Source: Lobosporangium transversale
Taxonomy: Eukaryota
Length of the DNA stretch: 64,000 bases
Assembly: GCF_002105155.1 (NCBI RefSeq)
Contig: NW_019028996.1
Location: 248,001-312,000, forward strand
Direction: 5' to 3'
Numbering within the stretch: position 1 is the stretch's first letter; each line of letters starts with the position of its first letter. Under the pieces are notes generated by a model, which searched no databases, was not told the DNA's origin, and saw nothing but the letters and a program-made list of their open reading frames with translations. This document shows positions 1-13,384 of this stretch, piece by piece. The position numbers and the translations under genes are program-made.

Positions 1-2276
1 CAATTGTAGAAACAGACACCGATAAAGGCCACCTTCAAAAGCTTCTTAGGGCTGCAGGGGGCGATACACCCACTCCAGTCTCAACACTACTTGATGTTGT
101 TACTGCTATTAAACATGCCAAGGACGATCCAAGGATCGTAGGTATCATGGCCAACTTTTCAACCTCTAACAATAAAACACAGCAAGCTAAAGGGCTAGGA
201 TTGGCTCAGATCCAAGAACTACGAAGTGCCATCCAAGAGTTTAAGGAAGCCAAGGCTAAGGCTCTTGGTGGTGAAGATAAGGTGTCCCTTATTGCATTTA
301 CAGACTCATTTGGTAGGTCTATATTTTTTGTAGAATGAATAGATGTGTCTGCTTTAATTACATTGTCTCATTTAATGCATTATATGAACTTGGCTTTTTT
401 TTTTTTGGATCATATAGACACTCAAACGCAGTATTACTTGGCATCAGTGTTCGATAAAGTGTATATGCAGCCTACTGGAGGCATTCCTTTGGTTGGCTTG
501 TCATCGACTGTCCCCTTTTTCAAAACTCTTTTGAATCGCTTCGGTGTCCAAGGTAAAGTGGAATAAGCCTTGTGCTTGAAAAATGTTTTCTTGATGGCCA
601 AAAAAATAAAAAAGCCTAATCCTTTTTTCGTTTTATTAATGCAATAATCAATTACCTAGTGCGCTCTGAAGCTCGCAAGGAGTATAAAAGCGTGATCAGC
701 CCTTTCACGGAGACAGAGCTTCCACCAGCACAGAAGCAAAATCTCTTCGATCTTCTAAAGGGTTTGAACTCACAGGTTTTGGCTGATATTGCGAAATCTC
801 GCCAGAAAGCTCTTGGAAGCGATCCAGTTGAGAAACTGAATCATTTAATTCAAGTTGGTCCATTCATGGCTTATGAAGCAAAGGATGAAGGACTGGTGGA
901 CGGGCTTCTATACAAAAGAGACTGTGGCAAGATCGTCGAGCAAAATGGTGCATTTGGACTGGCTCACTATATCCGCGTTAAGGGCAAGGAGCACACAAAC
1001 AAGCTTGCCAAGACAAAGGAACCCAGCCTTGTTGTGGGGATCGTTTACCTGATTGGCGGCATTAAACGGTACAGTGCTTTTTTTTTTTTTTTTTTTTTTT
1101 TTCATTCATCTTCGAAGCAACGAGTAATGGTGTTTTTTTTTTTATGGCTTGTAGTGGTGGTGGCGACTTTGGAGCCAACACCATTGTCAAAGGCATTAGA
1201 GAGGCAGCAGATGATCCTACAGTTGACGCAGTCGTCTTGAGAATTGATTCTGGCGGAGGAGACGTGGTTGCTAGCGACACTATTGGAGATGCTATTCGCT
1301 GGTGCCAAGATGAAAAGAAGAAACCTGTTATTGTTAGTTTTGGGAACACCTCTGCCAGTGGAGGATATTTTGTATCAACTCATGCCAAGGCTATTGTTGC
1401 TCAACGTAAGGCTTTGTTTTTATGTGGTCTGTTCTGAACTAGACATGATCAGACCATAACGGTTTTGAGTACAACTAACCTAAATGGTTCCATCCTTTCG
1501 TCTGATCTGGTGAAATGATAGCGACCACTATCACCGGAAGCATTGGCGTCGCTTCCATGCGACCATATTTCACTCCCGAGTTCTTCAAGATGATTGGTGT
1601 CAGTGTTGAGCAGTTCTTTACTGGATCATCTGATACGTCACTGCTCAATGATCTGGAAGGTGCTGCGTTGACACGCTTCAAACGACAAATTGATGTCACA
1701 TATGCAGATTTCCTCAAACGTGTTGCCGATGGACGAAAGATGACATTGGAGCAAGTTGAAGACATCGCTGGTGGGCGTGTCATGAATGGGAAAGAAGCTT
1801 TGAAAGGTAAGAAACGTGCAAATAAAAAAGGGGAAAAAAAATATATAAATTGTATTCGAGAACAATGCCTTTTAGCTGATATAATATAACTTTGTACCTT
1901 CCTCGCTTGATATTGCAATTTAGCTGGATTGGTAGATAAACTTGGAGGACTATCGTATGCTGTCCGATTAGCAGCTGACTATGGTCTTGAAGCGCACAAG
2001 GAAGCTGGCCATGTACCATCGGACATGAAAATTGAAAACGTTGTGGTCAAAGTATTCCCCAAGCCCAAGCCTCTTTTGCAGCAGGCTGTTGAGTCGTTGA
2101 CAGGTGATGAAGCCGCAGACATGTTTACAAAACGAAAGATTCAAGCAATGATGATGCGAATCTGGACAGGTGATATGGTGGGCTTGATGCACGATATCGG
2201 AATGGCAGACTCGACCTTTCTTCAGGGCCCTCCTATGCGCCAGCAACTAGAGATGGACGAGAACATTAGAGTGTAA
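1..2276 (+). CDS. sppA: Signal peptide peptidase SppA / protease IV (family S49), 5' partial, multi-exon (approx. exons <1-312, 418-551, 660-1068, 1154-1405, 1522-1806, 1924-2276)
   Basis: Spliced motifs: GLAQIQELRSAIQEFK; YYLASVFDKVYMQPTG; KEYKS (catalytic Lys region); VVLRIDSGGG; SASGGYFV (catalytic Ser); TITGSIGV; IAGGRV...GLVDKLGG. GT-AG introns join the short ORFs in frame. Confidence 0.88.
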
Positions 2277-2938
2277 TGATCTGACAATTTTGTTTGTTTC
2301 GCCAAATCATAATAAATTTATATTGCGTGAGTAATTGGATTATCTCTTGCATGTAAAAGAACGCGTCGAATGTAGGCTATGCAATGAATTAATTTTCTTC
2401 AACTCTAATTGATCGTGCCCAGATTTGGACAGAATCAAAACGCACCTGTGTTCTGTCCAAAAGAATCGCTGCGCTTTATTTTTGTTTGTAAAAATGCATT
2501 TGTCTCTTTTTCTACACATGATTATGACATGGAGGAGACAGAGTCAGATACTTTTTGCTTCTTTTGGGATGTTATAACAGTGGCTAGTTCTCTAAGCGAT
2601 ATTACGTCTCCATCGGCTGTGTGAACTGAATGGGCTAAGCAAGAAATGAAAAGGCTCTCGGGCTCACCAGTGGTATTTCAAATTCAATGATCACAGTTTT
2701 AATAGCATGTTCAATGCAAAATAAAGTTTATGAAAACTAATTCTATAATGTTACGCAGTCTCAATAATGACCTTTAAATGTCACTTTTTGTCTTTTCTTT
2801 TCCTCTCAGTTTTCACTCACTTCTGGACTCTTCACTACACATTCACTCATTTCGCTATTATTATTTTTTTTTTAAAGGATTCACTCTCTCCTTTGACTCT
2901 CTCCATTTTCATCCAATCTTTTTTGTTTGATTTCAAGA

Positions 2939-5492
2939 ATGAAAATATCAAAGACACAGTCGTACTCTCTCTTGGCAGCCATGCTCGCTGTTGCTGGCAC
3001 AGCAGCTGCACATCGTACTCGCATCCAGCCATTCGGCCCTGAGCTAGGCCACCAGCAGTACCACATTGCTGGTTCAGCATCTTCTATGGCTGCCATGACT
3101 CGTGGCGCTACACCTCTTTCTTCCTCTATCACTATGGATGGCGATGATGTTGTATCCTTCTTCTCAGGCTCGCCCGCCGACCCTAAGAAAGTGGCCACTG
3201 ATTTTGTGCAGCAACAGTTGACTTCGTCCGACTACGTTGTTAAGAACGCTTATACATCCAAACACAACGGTGTCACTCATGTGTACCTCCGCCAGGTGAT
3301 CAACGGTCTAGAGGTAGTAAATGGTGACATCAATGTGAATGTGGACAAGGATGGCAACGTCATCTCGTTTGGTGATTCATTCTACAAAGGCAATCACAAC
3401 AACATTGACAGCTTTAGCGTCCGTCGTAATGATGGTAATAGCGAGTCGATGACCATTCGCGAATGGCTCCAACAGGAAGGCGAGTCTCTTTTGGAGCAGG
3501 GTCGTCAGTTGGCCTTTGGTGGTCGAAGGCGCCGTGGAAGCCCTCATCGCCAGGTAAGGGGAAATTTAATGTCAGCTGCCATGAACAGTTGAGGCGTACA
3601 AAGCATTCCAACAAACAGTTACTCAAGAAATGCCAAGCCTTGGGCATGTGCGCTGTACATTTGCACTTACAGTTGGTCAAAGCGAACGTTGTAGGCTTGC
3701 ATACATATTACAGCCACTTGGTTGCTTGAAGAATATCCACATGTGCAGTGTAAATCCTGATGTTGGACACTGGCTATGATTGTCTCTCTTGGACCCACAT
3801 GGTCTGTCACAGGATGAATTATGGATATGGCAATGACTTTAGGATACAGGATGGCAAATAAGATGGTTATTACCAACAACATTTATCACAGCATTAGTTT
3901 TTTTTGATGGCTCTAACCGCCAATTAACTTATTTAATGCGGCCATAATAGAATCCCATCCGAGCTCCAGAAGGCAAAGATGTGAAGTCGCCTCAAGAGGC
4001 CTTAATGTCGTTTGCCAGATTTCTCAATATCGAGATTCCTCGTCCTGAGGATATGGACATTGTCACGACTGTCTCACTCAACTCCGACAAAGTTGAAGTT
4101 ATGATGACCAACTGTCCCCTCACTGCTGATGGCAAGGTGCCAGTCAACCAAGCTTACATTCAGACCGAGGAGGGCACTTTGGAGCTTGTTTACGACCTTC
4201 AGGTTGAGATGAAGGATACCGATAACTGGTTTCATGTCCAGGTCCACGCCGAGACTGGCAAGGTCATGCAGGTTGTCGACTGGGTTTCGGACGCAACATT
4301 CAATGTTTATCCCATGGGTGTGAATGACCCTGAGGATGGTAAGCGTAAACTCGTTGTCAACCCAGAGCATCCCAAGGGCTCACCTCTTGGGTGGAATCGT
4401 CAGGCACAGAATAAGAACTTCACCACCACTATTGGTAATAATGTGTTCGCCGGAGAGAATAGAAGGAATGGAAGGGATTGGGAGAACAACCCTAAACCTG
4501 AGGGCGTGCTTAGCAAGGATGGACACCTCACATTTGATTTCAAGATTGATCTCAAGAAGGACCCTGCTACTTATGTTGACGCTGCAGTCACCAATCTGTT
4601 TTATTGGAACAACCAAATGCACGATGTTTTCCACCATTATGGCTTTGATGAAGAGTCTGGTAACTTCCAGGAGAATAATTTCGGACGTGGAGGCATAGGC
4701 AACGATGCTGTCATCGCCAATGCTCAGGACGGATCTGGATACAACAACGCCAACTTTGCAACACCTCCTGATGGTCAGCACGGTCAGATGCGCATGTACG
4801 TCTGGGATGTGACAGAAGTGCCACGCGACGGCGACCTTGAGAGCGGGATCATTATCCATGAGTATGCTCATGGTATCTCAACTCGTTTGACCGGCGGTCC
4901 TGCCAACTCTGGATGTTTGGGATGGGGCGAAGCTGGTGGTATGGGTGAGGGATGGGGCGATTTCTTTGCTACTCTATTCCGTCAGAATGAAAAGCACACC
5001 TATGAGTCAGAGTTCGAGATGGGCGCTTATGCCAATGGTGGTAAAGGAATCCGTCGCTTTCCTTATTCGACCTCGATGAAAACTAATCCTGAGACCTTCA
5101 AGTTTATGGACGGTCCCGCCTACTGGGGTGTCCACGCCAAGGGCGAAGTCTGGGCTCAGATGTTGTTTGAAGTATACCAGAACCTGCGCCTTCGCCTTCC
5201 GTTCACAGATAATTGGTACACAAAGGACAAGACTCATTATGCCAACACTTTGGCCCTTCAGCTGGTAGTCGATGGTATGAAACTTCAGCCATGCATGCCT
5301 TCCTTCATACAGGCTCGCGATGCCATAATCCAGGCTGAGAAGATTCTGACTCGCGGCAAGTACCGCTGTGATATCTGGAGGGGATTCTCCAAACGCGGTC
5401 TGGGCACCAAGGCTAGGGTTATTGGAGCTAATTCGCCTTTTGGAAGTATTCGTACCCAAAGTTTCGTTCTTCCGGTCGGCTGCGAAGAATAA
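2939..5492 (+). CDS. Secreted fungalysin metalloprotease (family M36), 2 exons (2939-3553, 3951-5492)
   Basis: Signal peptide (LLAAMLAVAGTAAA), FTP-like propeptide (NGVTHVYLRQVINGLEVVNGDINVNV), NNANFATPPDG, zinc motif HEYAH and GMGEGWGDF. Phase-0 intron 3554-3950 keeps the frame. Confidence 0.95.
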
Positions 5493-5697
5493 GGCTCTCT
5501 CGCACCTCTTTCTTCATGTTACCATGAATATTAGATGAGTAGTACGTATTTATGTTTAAAAATAACTTATTCTTAAATCCTACGGTTGGTAGCAAGGCTT
5601 GTATTGAAGCGTAAAATAAATACTTTGCCTAGAGTGTGGAACATTTGACATAACTGGTGAGGTACTCACTTGGTTTCGCCCTTTTATCGGTTCCATG

Positions 5698-5728
<31 letters not shown>

Positions 5729-5802
5729 CCTTGGTCTTGCAATCCCATTTCTTCAACTCACCAATATAGGACCTATCCCCATTACACCCCAAACTCCCCT
5801 CA

Positions 5803-8307
5803 ATGTCCATAATTATGGTAAATAGTATTGTCCCAGAGGACATCGCATCGTCAATACAAGCCTTCAACGCGTCCTCCTTACAGAAGACTCTTCCTAGCCG
5901 CCAGCTTCCGAATGAGATTCTCCTTAACATTTTCCTCGAGATTGCTCACTTGCACCCGAGCACCCTAAAGGACCTCTACTCTATCTGCAAGCGCTGGTAT
6001 TACATTGTGATAAAATATGAGGATCTCTTTTGGCGTACAGCGACACTTTCTGCGTTTCCTTGTGTATTGTCACCTACACCAATGCTATCATCATATAAAC
6101 ACTCAGAAAAGCATGAGCTGCATGGATTTGGGCCGCTCAATGGACTACAGCTAAAGCAGCGCCTGCAGGAATGCGGAAAGCCTTCAATAACAACATCGTT
6201 CAATTCTTATTGGAAAGAGATGTTTAGCATCTGCAGCGGATGGATCCATCAAAAAGCCAACACACTAGTTGTGCAGCCTTATCAATCGCCTCAGCAAGCC
6301 TCGGCGCATGAGTCGCTCCTACAGAACAGCTTTATGTTGGAGAATATTGAAAGCCAATGTCAAGCTGAAGGGCGGACAGCATTAAAAGTCGAAGATGCTA
6401 CAAACAGAGGATGTCAATCTTTATCAATTGGCCAAAGAGATTTTGCTGTCCAACATCAGCACCAACACCACCATCATTTGCAAGACCAATATGATGATAG
6501 TAGCCTCCGCTCCAGCTCCGGCTCCAGCTCCGGCTCCAGCTTTCGCTCAATGGCCCACAAATGCCGGGACATAAATAGTCCTCTTAAAAATACCTCCTCA
6601 ATCCCATTGGAGGTTGCATTACCCGCCTCGACCACCATTGCCCGGTCGATTACTTTACGACAACAGCAACAAAGAGAAGGAAAAGAAGGAGACCAGCAAA
6701 GCATCCAAAGGGAAGAAGCGGTACTAGTGGATGATATTCTTAGCTGTAGTTTGTGCTCTTATACTGATGTCTGTCTGATTCTACAAGCACGTATCTGTGT
6801 CCGAACTCACCGAGATCGGAACCGCCCTCTAATGCAGGTGTTGGATTGGCCGATGAAGGACTCTGAGTTTGTAGACATTGATGATGAAGCGCATAGTCAT
6901 CGAGATTTGATCTCAGGGTTGGCTGTGAACGATATAGGAACCTTACTAGCATCTTGCTCCATTGATGGAACGGTGCGCGTATGGGATGTGAATCCGAGAT
7001 GGAGATATCCCAGAAGCCAACAGAAAAATAGCTTTGACAACAGTAACAGTAACGGTAGTAATGATATGATCGCTGCGATTTCGTTCTCGCAGAAAATCAG
7101 AATGTATGGGCAACCTATTCAGAGTCGATGGCTATTGTTGGGACATATTGGATGGGTGAATGGTAAAGAAGAACCACATTTTTATCGTTTGTTTGTATGT
7201 TTGAATACCCGTGGCCCAATAAGTATGCACCAATTCACGCGACTCTAATATATATTTCTTTCCTTCATAAAACGCGATGGAAACGTAGCGGTAGATATCA
7301 AAAACACAACCGTCGTAAGTGGGGGGTCAGATCATACATTGCGAGTCTGGGATGCTCTATCTGGTGAATTGTTGCGCGTGATCCCCGATCTGTACCTTTC
7401 ACGAGACATCGGCCTTGGTATCTACTCAGTCGCTATCTATGGTGCTGGCGGTATCAATGTCTCTGTTGAAAACAACAATGCTTCGCTTTTCAAACATGAG
7501 CAAGAATGCAACAATTTGCATCGACGGGGTTGGATCATAGGTTCAGGATCAATCACGGAAGGTTATCAGATCCATGACCTCAATACTGGAACATTAATTA
7601 TGGATCTAGACGAACCCTTATGCTCCAAAGACCATCTCCGTTTCGAAACAGACTTGTACCAGCAATATGCTTGCAAAATCATCATTACCGACGTAGTCAT
7701 TGTGACAAACTCTAAACTAGAAGGGATGCTCTGTGTTTGGAGCAAAGAGACCGGCCAGTTCTTATACCGGATCCAAGTATGCCCACTGGATATTTATTCG
7801 TTGAACCAGGGCCGACGTGATCGTAGTCAGGGACTGCACAGTCATGGCCACAGCCATCCTCAAGCTACAACACGCTTGCTTGACATCAACCCATCACTTC
7901 GTCGTGTAGTGAAGACTATTGACCAAACGAGACCCAGGCTGAGAAGAATGATGGCCTATTCTGCTGGAGAAACGATCTGGAAAAATCCTGAAGCAACAGC
8001 AGGCAGTGACAGTACGATCCACATGTTCAGAATAAATCGCTCTGGCTCGATACTCATGTGTACACTATGTAATGGACGGATGGCAGTGTTTGAGTTTGGG
8101 GCGAGCCCAAAACACAGATATGGGAAAGATACGTGGGTCATCCAGGCACCACTCCCCCCATCTATTGCGGCTAGTTACTTGGGTAATCAAGCACAACAGC
8201 AACCATACCAAGGAGAGCTACAACAAAGACGCGAGCATCAATGCACCATACAAGCCTGGATCTGGATGCGCAATAGCGAAAGCACTAATCATATCGCTTT
8301 AATTTAA
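5803..8307 (+). CDS. F-box / WD40-repeat protein, 2 exons (intron 7163-7288)
   Basis: F-box LPNEILLNIF...SICKRWY. WD repeats HRDLISGLAV...ASCSIDGTVRVWD and GHIGWVN|AVD...SGGSDHTLRVWD, the latter completed across the intron. Confidence 0.85.
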
Positions 8308-8356
8308 ATATATTACAAAATTTAGACGATAAAAAAAAATTTAATGAAAAATTAAT

Positions 8357-11300
8357 CTAGAACCAACTCTGCTGACTACCACCGGTACCCTGCCCAGCAT
8401 TAGTAGTCCACATTTCGCGTGGGTCCTGACTCTGTTGAATAAAAGGCGGTGGGTGCATAGGATGGCCTGGATGCATAGGATGGCCACCATGACCATGATG
8501 CGGACCATAATTGCTATTGTACCCATATGATCCTGAAGAATATCCTGCTCGGCTTCCGGGTCGGCTATTACTATTACTGCCAGGTGGATAATAGGGTCCT
8601 CCACTCCCGTATGCCCTAGAATTAGTAGGAAATGGCATGTGCTGTGGAGGATGGCTTGGATGATGATCCATTGCTGAGTTCCGCCCACTATTGTTTCCAC
8701 TACCATAGCCACTATTGTAGCCACTACCGCTGCCGTTGTAGTAAGATGGATTATAGGCCTGATTTCCACTGCCTCCATAATAACCTTGATAACTGTTGTG
8801 ATTACCAGCCATCATCTCCTCATCCGAATTCTGGAGAAGCTCGACCACTCCTTCAACTAGACGAACCATTGCAGGCTGGTCCAGCCAGTCCTTGCCTGAC
8901 TCGATTGCTTGACTCAAAAGCGCGTCCATATCCATGCCATCATCCATTCCCCCGCCTGGGCCAAGATCGAGACCCACACCATAATATCCGAGTTGGGGTG
9001 AAGGTGTCGAACGATGGCTATCATTGTAATAGTCATCATCTCCAGTGCCGCCGTTATTTTTAAGCTGCTGCTGTCTATTGTAATGGTTTCGTCCCTGCTG
9101 CAAGTGACTATTCCGACTCTTATGGTCCAAAATCAAAAACATTTTTTCAAACCCATCATTCATCAGTTCGCGCAATGAGCGCAATGTCCGGATGGTTCGC
9201 TCCGATCCACTAAACCTCCACCATCCATCCACCATCAGCTGATTGTGAGTAACAGCTTCTACATCATTCTCGCCTGCAAACAGTAAGATCGAAATTGGGT
9301 CCAATCGAGTTGTATTTCTCAAAAAAATTTGGGTCTCTCCTGTCCTAACCTTGGTTGAGAATGCATACAGAGAGCCTGGCTCAGGAATTTGCTCTGGGTA
9401 TAACATCTTCTCACCCCTCATCGAATTAACTGATCCTGGATGGACAATGCAAGTATTATCGTGGCGTGTCCGATGGATTTTCTTGCTAGTCTTGTATGAG
9501 ATATTGGGAAACACTCCTGCGCAAATCATGGCTCGCAACAGTGGAGTACAATTTGAATTCTTGTTATATTCTGCAGGACCCATCTCAAATGATGATGCCT
9601 GTTGCTGGCGCATCTGGTAAGTCATCATGGGGACTACACCGGCCTTTTCTAGTAATCCCAAAAGCTGAGTCTTAGCCCGCCTCACATTCTCGAGTGCTTG
9701 TCGGCTCAAAAAGTTTTGATCCGTAAAGTTGAACGACGCTCGCGTAGGGTCTCCACGTTCGCCTGTCCTCTCCATCATAGTGGCAGCCTGAGAAAGCACC
9801 TCATTCCATGCATTATATGCGTTCATCATTGCCAAATGGTCGCTATTCAGATCCTTGGCCCATTTCATCTTGGCACGATCCGCCTATCACGGAGTGTGAG
9901 AAGGTACAAGAAAAAGGAAAGCTCATATTAGTCTTAGTAAAAAATAGAGAGATTCAACTTGATTTCTCGAATGAAAAAGAGGATGAGGGAGAAAAGAATG
10001 TGTTGCGCGGACCTGATCTTTCTTCGTTAAAGGTGACACAAAGACATCCTTGTTGCCAAGAGAGGCGCACAACGTCAACACAGGGTCCAAACATCGGAAG
10101 ACACAGCTTAGAATCAGGCATCGTCCAAAGCTTGGTTCTACTGGCAACGTTGCCAAAACTCTTCCTAATGGTGTCAAGTTCTCGTTGCGATCCAATGCCC
10201 CTAGTGACGTTAGCTGTGTCAGTGCATCCGACACACTGAGTTGATCTGGAGGTTGGATCGCTTCCGCTAGCACACTGACAATTTTAGTTGAGCTGTCCAC
10301 AGATTTGATATGTAAACAAATTTCTTGCAGATCTGAACGAAGCATTTCAGGGACTGAGAAAGCATCCAGAAGCTCGCGTCGCTGATGAGACATCATACAA
10401 TAGTATTGTCCCTCCTGAACACGGCCTGCGCGTCCAGCCCGCTGCTTCATACTCGAGGCACTGATCCAAGTTGGAAGCAAAGTTGTCATTCTCTTGATTG
10501 GATCATAATTTGTTTCCTTGACTTTGGCGCTATCTACAACATGCACCACATCTTGGATAGTGATACTGGTCTCGGCAATATTGGTGGCAAGAATAATCTT
10601 CCTCATACCAGAGTCCGGAAGAGGCTCAAAGACTTCCTGCTGAGAGATCGAAGGCAAGGTCGAATGGAGCATGTGGATCCTGAACTTATTGGTATCATTA
10701 TAATCAACTCCCAAAGGAAACGTGTTCTGTAGCTGTCTGTAGACTTCCTGCATATCTTCCCATCCTGAAAGGAAGCAGAGAATAGCCCCAGTCGGTGGAC
10801 TAGTTTTGACAATATGGGAGATGGTCATAGCAATTAAGTGCGCTGGAATCTCTGCATCTAAAATCTCATCACGTGGCATCCTTGATACTCTCCTGGCTTG
10901 CTCCAAGATACTCTCTGCATAATCGAGCTCACCATCGTCCACATCGTCTACTTCGTCATCACTGTCATACTGTTGTGATGCATTAGTCATAGGCTTATTT
11001 GTCTGGTGTGGTTGAAGTGGACCCACTGGCATGATACTCATTTCCCGCTGTATATATTTGTTAGTTTGATCATGCCTCGATAATGATGCTATGGCCGATG
11101 GAGGATACTGCTTATGCATGGCATCCAAGAGATCATTTAAAAAGTATTGCTTCACAGGGAAGGTCCTGCCCGGCACAGAGATTGTGGGGCATTGACCTCC
11201 CTTGAAACCCTCTCCAAAGTAGGACGCAAACAGGCCAGTGTCGATCGTAGCGCTCATAAGAATAAGCTTGATTACAGGGAGACCCTTTGCCCGACGTTCC

Positions 11301-13384
11301 CGTTGCATTTGTCTCAACAGCACTAACAAAAAGTCCGTGTCAATATCGCGCTCGTGTACTTCGTCAACTACAATATGACTAACGTCCCTCAAAGGATCAT
11401 GCGGCGCCATTCCTGTGGCGGACCCTCCTGCGTTTGCTGCTGAGACAGGGCCGCCATTTTCGTTGTGCATCATCCGCAAAAAGATACCCGTTGTGCAATA
11501 TAAAATGGAGCCACCTGGGGCTGGAGGTTGATTGTCGAACCGTACCTGATAACCCACGGACTGACCTATACGCTCGCCACGCTCCACTGCAACACGTTGG
11601 GCAACAGAGATGGCAGCGATCCTACGTGGTTGTGTGCAAATAATGTTACAGACACCCCCCTCACGGTTTTTGATGTATTCATCGAGAATGATTTGTGGTA
11701 GCTGTGTTGTCTTGCCACACCCTGTTTGTCCCACAAGGACAATAACATCATTTTCACGGATTTTCGCGATAATTTCCTCTGTATATTGAGCAATGGGTAA
11801 AGCTGCTCGACTATCTCGGAGCTTGGTCAATGCTGGATTCTTTAGGTAGTTTTGAAGTTGGTCGAAGAGCCGAGCAGACTTTCCAGCCATCTGTTGCACA
11901 TCCAATTTCCCGACTAAGTGTCGATTTTGTCTTTTGCCGTTATTAACTGCAGCTGATTGGTCCCTCTTTGATTTTTCAGCAGTGAGGTCATCCGATATAT
12001 TGGAACCAAGCTGTGGACGTCGAACTGTGAAAAAGGGTTGACGACTCAGGTCGGTCAACATGTATTCGATGTCTTGACGCACATTTTCATCCATGCCAAT
12101 GTGAATGTTTGGTGCAGCTCGAACGATTTCTGCATGTTTGCCTTTACTATCTTTGGTTGCTTCAAACTGCTGCCAGAGTGCCATTGATTCCTTTTTCATG
12201 TTGACAGCAGCATCAACATAGGCACGATGCTCAGCCTCCTTCTTGCTGCGCCTTTTGCCAACACCTATGACCCGATCTTGAACAAAAAGCTCCGCTTGCC
12301 ATAAAGCCTGATGTGTCTTCCCTGAGCTCTGATAATCGATATAGGGAGGACCTAGTGAGAGTGTCCTGATATAATAATCAACAAACTTCTTGGCTACCTC
12401 AACTGTAAACCCGGACTCCTCGATTGATCCCGGTTGCGGAAGAACAGCAGTGACGCCACGCGCAATTGCCATTTGTTGAAATTGAGTTGCAGCGGCGAGT
12501 TCAGCTTCTTCTTCTGTGGATCCTTTACCAGTGCCAACAATATTTTCATGCTGGAGAGTAGAAATGACAGCTTTTGTCTCTGGATCGACTTTGTTGACAT
12601 ACTTTGGCAGTCCAACCTTTTTGTTGGTGTAAAAGTTTACAACCCAATCCTTCGGAGACTTTGTCAAGGTCTTTTTAGTGCGACCATATTGACGATAATA
12701 TTCGATCAACGAGTGCTTTTCCAGTTGGTAGCAGATATCAAGCGCGCATATTTTTTCTGCATCCTTTTTATTCTTGCCATCACCCCTCCCAACAATTAGA
12801 AGATCAGGATCGGGAGTTTGGACTTTAAACTCCATTCTGACCCAGTTCAAGGGCAATCCTGGAGTCGACACGATCTCAAACTGTGGTGGAGGATCGATTG
12901 CTCTACAAACAAACTGGAGGAAATTTTTGGGATTCTCCCACCAGCGTTCACCTTTTTCTGCGGTGCTATTCGAGTGATCTGTATTATAAGTCGTGTCCAG
13001 GTGGCGTTGATCGTAAAGATAGACCCGGTCTTGTTTGATAGGAGATGATACATTGAATCTACTGGCTCCACCATGGCCACCAGAAACGCTTCCGCCTCGA
13101 CCACCGCCTCGAGCGCCACGTCCACTAGAGCGATAGTTGTTATTGAAGCTACGATTTCCACTACCATGGCTGTTGTAGCCACGGCCGGAGCTCCAGTTGT
13201 CTGAAGAGGCACCGGACTGATCCAAAGATGATGGGTGATTGCGCTGGGGAGGAGGGTAGGGCGCAGAGGCAGATGAGATGTCGCTGCTAGGAAGTGGTTG
13301 TAAATAGAGTGGGTTGTTGGGGTTGTTGACGTTGCTGTTGTTATAATTCACGCGATGGTGAGGAGGCTGGTATCGCGGAGGCAT
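8357..13384 (-). CDS. DEAH-box RNA helicase of the DHX9/DHX30/DHX36 group with N-terminal dsRBD-like repeats, 2 exons (intron 9884-10012)
   Basis: GQTGCGKTTQ, TQPRRIAA, DEVH, MSAT, ATNIAETSITI, QRAGRAGR, HA2 (LTPLGRVLA) and OB region (VHPGSVN). Splice DQ|ADRAKMKW joins the two ORFs. Confidence 0.93.

Noticed and set aside
6508..6540. 12-bp tandem repeat CTCCAGCTCCGG
   Set aside because: Ordinary coding microsatellite giving SSSGSSSGSS in a disordered linker.
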